Assembly (NCBI GenBank): GCA_037442925.1
Contig: JBBIPG010000004.1
Coordinates: 1-60,493 of the forward strand
From: Candidatus Fraserbacteria bacterium
GTDB taxonomy: Bacteria; Bipolaricaulota; Bipolaricaulia; RBG-16-55-9
Reading direction: 5' to 3'
DNA: 60,493 nucleotides
The notes beneath the pieces are model-generated. The model ran no database searches. It was not told the origin of the DNA and saw only the letters and a list, made by a program, of their open reading frames with translations. A program made the translations under genes and the position numbers. Positions 53,324 to 60,493 of this stretch are shown here, piece after piece (the first letter of the stretch is position 1; every line of letters begins with the position of its first letter).

Positions 53324-55981
53324 GTGTTACGAATCAAGCCCGGTGCGATCAGCATGCTCTGGATTGGCGTGCTCTCTGCGTTCGTCATGCTGGGAATGGC
53401 CCAGTCCGTCCAACTGACTTCCGATACTGATCCGGACCAGAATTCCACAAAAATTCAGAGCATGCTGCGCGGATTGATCGGTAGCGTCTCAGGAGCGACC
53501 TCTGAGGATCTTCCGCTCATCCCTCGATTCTTCAGTTTCTCCCAATCCTCGGAGCTAGAGCAGCTGCTGGCTCTTAAAGCGAGAGGGGATCGAGTGCAAG
53601 TCGTCATCGAAGTGGCGCCACAAGCCGAGAGCCTCCAGATTGCAGAGCGGGTGAGAGATTTCGGCGGGGAAGTCGAGTTGACTCAGGAGAATTGGGTGCA
53701 AGCGGTCGTCCCCGTTGATGAATTGGAGAGCCTCGCGGCGATGCCGCAAGTTCGCTTCGTTCGCTTGCCGGTCCGTCCGTTCTTGATGCAGGGCTCCATT
53801 CGTAGCGAAGGTCTGACCATGGTCGGCTCTCCGGGTTGGAATGAGAGTGGTTTCGCGGGTCAAGGCGTCACAGTGGCCCTCGTGGACCCCGGAGGGTTCC
53901 GGGGGTATGAGAGTTTGCTGGGCCGGGAGCTACCCGCCCGCGAGAAGGTGACACCGCGCTCCTTCCGTTCAGATAAGCAGATGTACGAGCCCGATGCCTC
54001 GCGCGGAGCTCAAGTTCATGGGACGGCAACGGCAGAGGTCGTCCACGACGTTGCCCCGGAAGCAGAGCTCTATCTGGTGATGTTCTCAACTGACGTCGAG
54101 TTTCGCAGCGCCATCAACTGGCTGGTCGAACAGAAAGTGGATGTGATCAACACGTCGCTTGGATTCCCGTCGGGTTGTTTCCGCGAGGGCGGAGGGATCT
54201 TTGAGCCCCAGTTCGTGAAAGCTCACGAGAATGGGATCGCCTGGGCTACGGCAGCCGGCAATGAGGGAGACATTCACTGGGAAGGAACCTGGCGCGATTC
54301 CGATGGTGACAATCTATACAATTATACGGACACCGACGAGGGGAACACCCTCGACGTTCAGCTCATCGAGTACCAGTATCCCGACGGCCGACGGGTGGCT
54401 ACGTCAATCATTGATGTTCTCTTCAGCTGGGATGCCTCTTGTACGGATGCTTCGGATGACTACGAAGTGGTCGTTCTGCGAGAGCAAGAGGGCCAACTCA
54501 AGCCGCTTGCCCCTTGGGATGGCTCGGTAGGGCAACTGAGTGATTGGATCTGGAGGCCCGGCGTTCCCATCAAAGAGACCCTTGCCAGCGAGGATTTTGA
54601 TGTAAGTCGAGTAGGGCAGATCGAACGGTATCATCTAGCCATTCGTAAGAAGCGAGCCGATGCCGCCGACTCTCGCTTTGAGATGCTCATCATGTGTCCC
54701 TGCAATCGAATTGAGTACCTTGTAGCTCAGGGCAGCGTAGGCATTACGGAGCCTTCCATCTCGGCCAATGTGATCACAGTGGGAGCCGTGCATCATTCCT
54801 CACGCTGTTCGCGCAGCCTCTGTCCCGATGGGAGGTTGCTCTTCTACTCCAGCCAGGGGCTGACAAAGGATGGTCGCATCAAGCCGGATCTCGCGGCGCC
54901 CAGTCACGTCTCCACTAGTAGCTATGGTCGCTGGACAGGCGAGGGTGGCGGGCGAAATCCCGGCTTCACAGGCACATCAGCGGCTTCTCCACATGTCGCC
55001 GGCGCGGCAGCTCTTGTAAAACAAGCCTTCCCAGAATACACGCCCGATCAGATCAAAGAGTTTCTCGAAGATCGGGCAGAGGACATGGCTGAGCCCGGCA
55101 AGGACAATCGCTACGGGGCAGGCATTCTGCTCTTGGGTCAGCCTCCGGTTCAGCCTGCTGCCCCAACAATTACTGGCATCGAGCCTGCCGGTGGCCTGCA
55201 AGGGAGTGAGATTCAAGCGACGATCAGCGGCACAAATCTTGCAGGTGCCACGTCCGTTACATTCAGTGGGACAGGAGTGACGGCTGCTCTTCGAGAGGGC
55301 GGCACGGCTACAACGTTGCCCATCACCATCACGGTTGCTTCTGACGCATCTCCTGGGTCTCGAACCTTCACCGTCACGACTCCAGCTGGGACAGCATCCA
55401 GCGGAGAAATCACATTCACCGTGCTCGAAGCCCCTCAGATTCAAGTGGAGCCCGAAGCCCTGAGCTTCAGTGTACCAGCGTCCAATGGCGACCCTCCCGC
55501 ACAGACGTTGCGCATTACGAACTCCGGTGGTGGGGCTCTCAACTGGCAGGCATCTACAGACGTTCCTTGGCTGCGCTTGAGTGCCACGGAGGGAACTGCT
55601 CCATCTGAGCTTCAAGTGTCGGTGGTGCTTGCGGAAGAAGATCTAACCGCAGGCAGCTATGAAGGTCGGATCACTATCACGGCTTCGGATGCACTGAACA
55701 GTCCCCTGGTTGTGCCGGTGACGCTCACGCTTAAGGCCCCGCCGGGAGAGCTGATCGCACTGGTCTTCAAGCAGCTGGAGTTCGTCAAACCCGAAGATTG
55801 GGAGCGAACTCTAAGAGAAGGCTGTGTCGTCTATACCAACATCAGTGGTGATTCGAGCATCATGCGCGTGACGCTGCCGGATGACTCCATCCGTGAGTTC
55901 GAGATCCCGGCAGGCCATGAAGTGATCGTCTGCGGGGACGTGGTGCATATTGACACTCGACCTCAAGCCGCCTCCGGTTAG
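53324..55981 (+). CDS. Secreted S8 subtilase with propeptide, IPT/TIG-like and BACON-like domains
   Basis: Signal peptide; triad VALVDPG, HGTATA, GTSAASPHVAG; oxyanion AAGNE; PTITGIEP..G..G and L.W...DVPWL domains; AGGAG RBS. Confidence 0.92.
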   Translation: MLRIKPGAISMLWIGVLSAFVMLGMAQSVQLTSDTDPDQNSTKIQSMLRGLIGSVSGATSEDLPLIPRFFSFSQSSELEQLLALKARGDRVQVVIEVAPQAESLQIAERVRDFGGEVELTQENWVQAVVPVDELESLAAMPQVRFVRLPVRPFLMQGSIRSEGLTMVGSPGWNESGFAGQGVTVALVDPGGFRGYESLLGRELPAREKVTPRSFRSDKQMYEPDASRGAQVHGTATAEVVHDVAPEAELYLVMFSTDVEFRSAINWLVEQKVDVINTSLGFPSGCFREGGGIFEPQFVKAHENGIAWATAAGNEGDIHWEGTWRDSDGDNLYNYTDTDEGNTLDVQLIEYQYPDGRRVATSIIDVLFSWDASCTDASDDYEVVVLREQEGQLKPLAPWDGSVGQLSDWIWRPGVPIKETLASEDFDVSRVGQIERYHLAIRKKRADAADSRFEMLIMCPCNRIEYLVAQGSVGITEPSISANVITVGAVHHSSRCSRSLCPDGRLLFYSSQGLTKDGRIKPDLAAPSHVSTSSYGRWTGEGGGRNPGFTGTSAASPHVAGAAALVKQAFPEYTPDQIKEFLEDRAEDMAEPGKDNRYGAGILLLGQPPVQPAAPTITGIEPAGGLQGSEIQATISGTNLAGATSVTFSGTGVTAALREGGTATTLPITITVASDASPGSRTFTVTTPAGTASSGEITFTVLEAPQIQVEPEALSFSVPASNGDPPAQTLRITNSGGGALNWQASTDVPWLRLSATEGTAPSELQVSVVLAEEDLTAGSYEGRITITASDALNSPLVVPVTLTLKAPPGELIALVFKQLEFVKPEDWERTLREGCVVYTNISGDSSIMRVTLPDDSIREFEIPAGHEVIVCGDVVHIDTRPQAASG

Positions 55982-55987
55982 GAGGGC

Positions 55988-56386
55988 ATGGTGAGTCGAA
56001 ACCTCCTTGGGCTGCTCTTTATCGGGTTATTGTTGTTTGCCTTCACGGGATGCACCGCGAAGCAAGAAGGAGGAGAGCAAGCCGTATCGCCCAAGTGGGA
56101 AGACTATCAAGGCAAAGTCCAGCAGACGCTCTTCGAGTTGGTCACAGCGAAAGATCCCGGCAAGTATGCTGAGCAGCGCCAACTGGAGTATGCCACGATG
56201 GTGCGCGTGGTCATTGAGCTTGCACCAGATGCAGCATTGCCGGAAGGCTTTCTGGTCCTGGAGGAGAGTCGTTATGAGAATGAAATTCAGGCGTGGGTTC
56301 CTCTGGATAAGCTCCTGGAGCTTTCCCAGCAGCCTCAGATCCAGTATATCCGTGCACCGAGGAAGCCAAAGCCGTACTCATACTAG
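55988..56386 (+). CDS. Lipoprotein resembling the propeptide (I9-like) of the upstream subtilase
   Basis: Lipobox FTG-C at residue 22; VRVVIELAPDA and ENEIQAWVPLDKL.EL..QPQIQYIR.P.KP parallel the S8 prodomain; GGAGG RBS. Confidence 0.75.
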   Translation: MVSRNLLGLLFIGLLLFAFTGCTAKQEGGEQAVSPKWEDYQGKVQQTLFELVTAKDPGKYAEQRQLEYATMVRVVIELAPDAALPEGFLVLEESRYENEIQAWVPLDKLLELSQQPQIQYIRAPRKPKPYSY

Positions 56387-56392
56387 ATTCTC

Positions 56393-57331
56393 GTGAAGAC
56401 AAGAGAGCTCATCGCCGGTCTTCTGCAAGGTGATCCCAGGGCGTTGGCCAAGCTCATCAGCTTGATCGAAGATCGCGAGCCAGGCTTTTCTTCCATTATT
56501 GATGAGGTTTACCCTCACACGGGAAGAGCTTATCGCATAGGCATCACTGGGCCGCCGGGGGCGGGCAAGAGTACGCTTGTTGACAAGCTTGTCCCATTCT
56601 TTCGTAAAGAGGGGCGGGAGGTCGGGATCTTGGCGTGTGACCCGACGAGCCCGTTTTCAGGGGGCGCGTTGCTGGGGGATCGCGTGCGCATGCAAGGACT
56701 CTACAGCGATGGAGGAGTATTCATTCGGAGCCTTGCAACGCGGGGAAGTCTGGGAGGACTCTCGGAAGTGGCCTATGAAGTGTCGCTGCTCTTGGAAGCA
56801 GCGGGTTATGATCTCATCTTCTTTGAGACGATCGGTGTAGGCCAAGTGGAGGTTGACATCATTGAGGCGGCGGACACGGTTGTGGTCGTCGTTGTGCCTC
56901 AGTCAGGCGATGCCATTCAAGCACTTAAGGCAGGGCTTATGGAAATCGCTGACGTGTTTGTCGTGAACAAGGCCGATCAAGAGGGAGCGGAGTTTGCGGT
57001 TCAATCACTGCAACTGGCTCTGCGACCTGAAGAGTCATCCAGTGCTTGGATTCCTCCGATTGTGAAGACGGTGGCCACAGGAGGAGAGGGCGTGGATCGT
57101 TTGAAGGAGGCTCTCAATCGCCATCGAGGGCTTTTAGGTGGGGAAGGTCTACGCCAACGTCATCTATCCCGATTGCGGAGGTTCATTCAGCGAGTTGTGG
57201 AGGAGCAGTTGAAGAGAGAGCTTTGGGATGAGCACGGACAGGAGATGCTGGCAAGACAAGTGGAGAGAATCCTCCGGGGCGAGAGTGGGCCGTATCAAAT
57301 CGCCGAGGAGATCCGGCAGAAGCTCAAATGA
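56393..57331 (+). CDS. meaB: MeaB/ArgK-family GTPase
   Basis: ITGPPGAGKST, DPTSPFSGGALLGDRVRM, FIRS.ATRG.LGG, ETIGVGQ, NKAD. Confidence 0.93.
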   Translation: MKTRELIAGLLQGDPRALAKLISLIEDREPGFSSIIDEVYPHTGRAYRIGITGPPGAGKSTLVDKLVPFFRKEGREVGILACDPTSPFSGGALLGDRVRMQGLYSDGGVFIRSLATRGSLGGLSEVAYEVSLLLEAAGYDLIFFETIGVGQVEVDIIEAADTVVVVVVPQSGDAIQALKAGLMEIADVFVVNKADQEGAEFAVQSLQLALRPEESSSAWIPPIVKTVATGGEGVDRLKEALNRHRGLLGGEGLRQRHLSRLRRFIQRVVEEQLKRELWDEHGQEMLARQVERILRGESGPYQIAEEIRQKLK

Positions 57332-57440
57332 AGAGCCGCCCACGGTTCAGCGGCGCTACGTGTTGATGGATGAGGGTCACTCACACAGAACCCGACCGCG
57401 GACGGCTCGCCCTTATGTACTCAAGAAATGGGGATTTGTT

Positions 57441-58934
57441 TCAGTCAAGAAAGGCCAAAGTCGGAAGGATCTCCGGTGATACGAGATCCCTCTCTACTGC
57501 GTAGCGCATCAGTCTCTTCATACCCCCCTTGAAGTTGAACGCACGATAACCCACTTGACGCATGCGTTCTGCCAAGTGCGCGCTCTTCAGCCCCAGCTCG
57601 CAGTAGAGCACATACGTGTGATCGCGATCCAGAGTGGCGTAGTCTTCCAGGGCCTTGAAGAAGTCCATGAAGATCGCACCTGGGTAATGCCACGTGCGAT
57701 AGGAGGCGGGTGAACGTAGATCGATCACAACCGCTCCCTCAGGGATCTCTTCGATTTCCATCTCCGGCGAGGCCAGCTCTTCGGGATCGAGATCTCTTAA
57801 ACTAAAAACCCGTCTCTCGGCGATGGCCTGCTCTAGCACGGAGAGGTCGAGCTGCTGTTCCTCGGCTAGGACATGTTCCAGTGAGGCCCGTGTGGCCGGA
57901 TGGCGAGGTACGATAGCACAATACTCCGCTACAGCGGCAGAGATCTCATAGGTGCCGATGTGACGCGCCTGAGCGATAATCTCTTCTTTGTTGAAACCAA
58001 GAAGCGGCCTGAGAACGGGTAACTGAGCCACAGGAGAGATGACATATAGATTCTGGAGCGTCTGGGAGGAGACCTGACCGACAGCTTCTCCTGTGACGAT
58101 ACCCAATCCACCTACCTCGTGAGCCACCCGCTCGGCTGCCCGATACATGAACCGCTTGAGCAGCACCTGCCAGTAACGGGCTTGAGTCTTCGCCTGCATC
58201 TCGCTTACCAGTTGCTGAAAATCGATGGCATGGAGCCGAGGTTCGTCGCCGTAGCTCCAACGGTCGCCGAGCACGTTCAGCACGCGCAGCACACCCTGCT
58301 GATGTGCACGGCCGCCCAGATTGCAGAAGACATAATCCAGTGCGACACCTCGCTTGAGCATGAACCACGCTGCCACAGCCGAATCAAACCCCCCAGAGAT
58401 GAGCGCGACAGCACGGCCCTCGATTCCCAAGGGCAATCCGCCCGGACCCGAAATCTGGTCTGTGAAGAAATATGCTTGGCCATCCCGCATCTCAACATGC
58501 ACCGTCACTTCGGGATTATCTAGATCGACCTTGAGGGCGTGAGGAAGAAGCGCAGCTCCTAGTGCGCGCGCCACATCTTGTGAACCGAAAGATCCTCCCG
58601 CTCGGTGATCGGCGCGTCGGGCCCGCACGGCGAAACGCTTACCATGGACGGGTGAACGGAAGAGTTCTTCACCCGCTTGCACGATCTCTTCTAGATGTGT
58701 GCCAGCACGGCGTTCCACAACAGAAAGGGATTGGATTCCGAAGACACGCGGAAGAGTCCCTGTAGCTTCAAGACTGGGGGTCTCAATGTAGATGCGATCC
58801 CAGTCCCGCTTCAGCTGGAAAGAACTTCCCGCCAGCGCCTCTTTGATGTTGCGAGCCAAGCGCTCTGTGAAGCGAACTCGTGTCTGCCGGGCTTTGGTGC
58901 TGATTTCTCCAGACAATCGAATCAAAATAAGCAT
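57441..58934 (-). CDS. thiI: tRNA 4-thiouridine sulfurtransferase with THUMP and C-terminal rhodanese domains
   Basis: GEISTK, SGGFDS PP-loop, TGEAVGQVSSQT, RPL, EYC; rhodanese LYCELGLKS. Confidence 0.93.
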   Translation of the reverse strand: MLILIRLSGEISTKARQTRVRFTERLARNIKEALAGSSFQLKRDWDRIYIETPSLEATGTLPRVFGIQSLSVVERRAGTHLEEIVQAGEELFRSPVHGKRFAVRARRADHRAGGSFGSQDVARALGAALLPHALKVDLDNPEVTVHVEMRDGQAYFFTDQISGPGGLPLGIEGRAVALISGGFDSAVAAWFMLKRGVALDYVFCNLGGRAHQQGVLRVLNVLGDRWSYGDEPRLHAIDFQQLVSEMQAKTQARYWQVLLKRFMYRAAERVAHEVGGLGIVTGEAVGQVSSQTLQNLYVISPVAQLPVLRPLLGFNKEEIIAQARHIGTYEISAAVAEYCAIVPRHPATRASLEHVLAEEQQLDLSVLEQAIAERRVFSLRDLDPEELASPEMEIEEIPEGAVVIDLRSPASYRTWHYPGAIFMDFFKALEDYATLDRDHTYVLYCELGLKSAHLAERMRQVGYRAFNFKGGMKRLMRYAVERDLVSPEILPTLAFLD

Positions 58935-59002
58935 GATGATGCAAAGCAATTGTACGGCTTCATTTTGCGCGACTGCAAGCGCCGAAGTCCCCCGTGGAAG
59001 AC

Positions 59003-59031
59003 TTGCAAGAGACGCATCTAGCCTCTATCAT
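59003..59031 (+). promoter_or_regulatory. sigma70 promoter upstream of the aeRF1-like gene
   Basis: TTGCAA-N17-TATCAT. Confidence 0.6.
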
Positions 59032-59078
59032 GCACGATGCCAGTTTCGGCAAAGGCGAAGGCCATCCAGAAAGGAGAC

Positions 59079-60239
59079 ATGCTCGTGTTTTCTCACCGTG
59101 ATCTAGAGAAGCTGCTTACAACTGAATCAAACCCCCTCTTGAGTGTGTATCTGAACACGGACCCTTCGCAAGACCCTAAGGGTTCGTATCGTATCTGGTT
59201 GAAGGATGCGCTGAAGACCCTGGAGGGAAGGGTCGAAGGCTCGGAGCAGAAGCGCTTCCGCGAGGCTGCAGATCACGTCCATGCTCATATGAAAGAGTTT
59301 CGCGCTCAAGGGAAATCTTGGGTGGCTTTTGTGGGGAATGGGCTTGTTGAGCAATACGATTTACGGGTCCCCGTGGAGAACGAGGTCCAGTGGGGGCGAC
59401 CAGAACTTACCCAGCTGGCGTGGCTTTTAGAGGAGTATCGCCCTTACGGGATTGTTTTGGTCGACTCCGAGAAACTGCGTTTTTTCATCGTGGTGATGAA
59501 CGAGATTTATGAGATGAACGACCGGACGCTGGAACTGGACACAAGCGGCTGGCGAAGGAAGGAGATATCACCCCCTTCGCAGCCTCGGGGAACTCCCGTG
59601 CGCGGATCGGTTCGCGGTGGCAACGAGCGAGACGCTTTCGTCGAGCGCGTGAGAGTCCAGACCGAAAAGTTCTGGAGGGAAGCGTCCGGTGTGCTACGTC
59701 GTCTCAACGAGCTTCATCAAGCGGAGAAGCTCGTGCTGGGAGGGCCCAAAGCCATTCGGGAGCGTTTTATGCAGACGCTGGGAGCAGAGAGCAGTAGAGT
59801 CATCGGGCAGATCTCAGTACCCTTAGAGGCTTCGCCTTCGGCTGTGCTAGCGGAGAGCGTGTCTGTGATCCAGACTCATGAGCGCACGCAAGAAATACAG
59901 GTTGTCGAAGAGCTTCTGCGACGGGCATCGACCAGCGATCGGGCGGGTGTGGGGCTACTGCCAACGCTCAAAGCTTTGCAGGAGAGTCGTGTGGAGCGAG
60001 TCATCGTCAATAGGCGTCTGGAAGCGACCCTCAACGAGTGTGTCACTTGTGGGTATGCTTTTGACAGATCGGAAGAGAAATGTCCGAACTGCTCGTCGAC
60101 GCAAGTGAAGCGCACCTCGCTGCGAGCCCTCTTGCCGGTGCTCGTCCGCCGCCATGGGGCTAGGCTGGAGATTATCCGGCGTCCGGCGGCAGAGAAGCTC
60201 GCTCCTCACGGGGGTATCGGGGCATTGTGGCGATATTAG
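59079..60239 (+). CDS. Bacterial aeRF1/pelota-superfamily (baeRF-like) protein with C-terminal Zn ribbon
   Basis: LSVYLNTDP, IVLVDSEKLR, LVLGGP, GL..TL.ALQE.RVERVIV, CVTC..CPNC, GGIGALWRY; AGGAG RBS before ATG 59079. Confidence 0.8.
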   Translation: MLVFSHRDLEKLLTTESNPLLSVYLNTDPSQDPKGSYRIWLKDALKTLEGRVEGSEQKRFREAADHVHAHMKEFRAQGKSWVAFVGNGLVEQYDLRVPVENEVQWGRPELTQLAWLLEEYRPYGIVLVDSEKLRFFIVVMNEIYEMNDRTLELDTSGWRRKEISPPSQPRGTPVRGSVRGGNERDAFVERVRVQTEKFWREASGVLRRLNELHQAEKLVLGGPKAIRERFMQTLGAESSRVIGQISVPLEASPSAVLAESVSVIQTHERTQEIQVVEELLRRASTSDRAGVGLLPTLKALQESRVERVIVNRRLEATLNECVTCGYAFDRSEEKCPNCSSTQVKRTSLRALLPVLVRRHGARLEIIRRPAAEKLAPHGGIGALWRY

Positions 60240-60245
60240 ACAGAA

Positions 60246-60317
60246 GGGCGAATAGCTCAGCGGCAGAGCGTCCGCCTTACACGCGGAAGGTCCCAGGTTC
60301 AAATCCTGGTTCGCCCA
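60246..60317 (+). tRNA. tRNA-Val(TAC), CCA not encoded
   Basis: Cloverleaf GGGCGAA/TTCGCCC, anticodon loop CT-TAC-AC, T-loop TTCAAAT; discriminator A followed by CCC. Confidence 0.96.
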
Positions 60318-60334
60318 CCCCACGCACCTGGAGC

Positions 60335-60364
60335 TTGCAAGTTCTTCTTACTCTGTGGTAGAAT
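60335..60364 (+). promoter_or_regulatory. Extended -10 sigma70 promoter for tRNA-Asp and the next tRNA
   Basis: TTGCAA-N18-TAGAAT with TG at 60356-57. Confidence 0.65.
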
Positions 60365-60378
60365 AAGCCCGTTTGCGC

Positions 60379-60455
60379 GGGGGTGTAGTGTAGCGGCCTA
60401 ACACGCTGCCCTGTCAAGGCAGAGACCGCGGGTTCAAATCCCGTCATCCCCGCCA
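60379..60455 (+). tRNA. tRNA-Asp(GTC), CCA encoded
   Basis: GGGGGTG/CATCCCC acceptor stem, CT-GTC-AA loop, TTCAAAT T-loop, G + CCA end. Confidence 0.96.
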
Positions 60456-60465
60456 CAACCCGCCT

Positions 60466-60493
60466 GCCCAGGTAGCTCAGCTGGTAGAGCACA
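60466..60493 (+). tRNA. 5' fragment of a tRNA truncated by the window end (possibly Phe)
   Basis: GCCCAGG-TA-GCTC-AGCTGGTA-GAGC D-arm; the anticodon lies outside the window. Confidence 0.75.

Noticed and set aside
2219-59354. Numerous long antisense or alternate-frame ORFs (e.g. 9718-10479, 23323-24129, 29791-30543, 43493-44215)
   Set aside because: They lie within well-supported genes, show no motifs, and are expected shadows in GC-rich coding DNA.
60277-60492. 71-aa minus-strand ORF (and 59955-60323)
   Set aside because: Antisense translation of tRNA genes.
1-60493. CRISPR array, transposase, integrase or prophage genes
   Set aside because: No regularly spaced repeats or recognisable recombinase, transposase or phage structural motifs; no att-like duplication of the tmRNA or tRNA 3' ends was seen.

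Overview
A 60.5 kb gene-dense, moderately GC-rich bacterial chromosomal segment (tmRNA, bacterial rpsO-pnp, greA-lysS, rnpA, sigma70-type promoters). It carries many archaeal- or Thermotoga-like genes, which suggests a deep-branching thermophile such as Bipolaricaulota/Acetothermia (inference only). Main blocks: (1) RNase HII, Thermotoga-type RNase Z, Mn-SOD, apgM, a yybP-ykoY Mn riboswitch with a TerC gene, a 36-aa small membrane protein and ferritin. (2) A 7.3 kb defence island: an Eco57I-like N6 methyltransferase with TRD and a PLD-SNF2 helicase, interrupted by an inverted DUF5678-like + retropepsin pair. (3) A 4-hydroxybenzoyl-CoA-reductase-like (HcrCAB) molybdo-flavoenzyme whose catalytic Glu is replaced by Gln, followed by a Moco operon containing a cysS that lacks a canonical start codon. 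(4) tmRNA with an atypical tag, then nfeD. (5) An archaeal-type mre11-rad50-nurA-herA set appended to rpsO-pnp(two S1 domains)-M16. (6) trpS, an unannotated ~109-nt structured RNA, a CARDB-zincin, serS, rnpA, greA, lysS. (7) Two Cys-less thiolase-fold genes plus two DUF35 genes, a subtilase followed by a lipoprotein resembling its own propeptide, meaB, thiI, an aeRF1-like protein and tRNA-Val/Asp plus a truncated third tRNA. No CRISPR array, transposase or integrase was seen. All assignments come from motif reading by eye; no searches were run.
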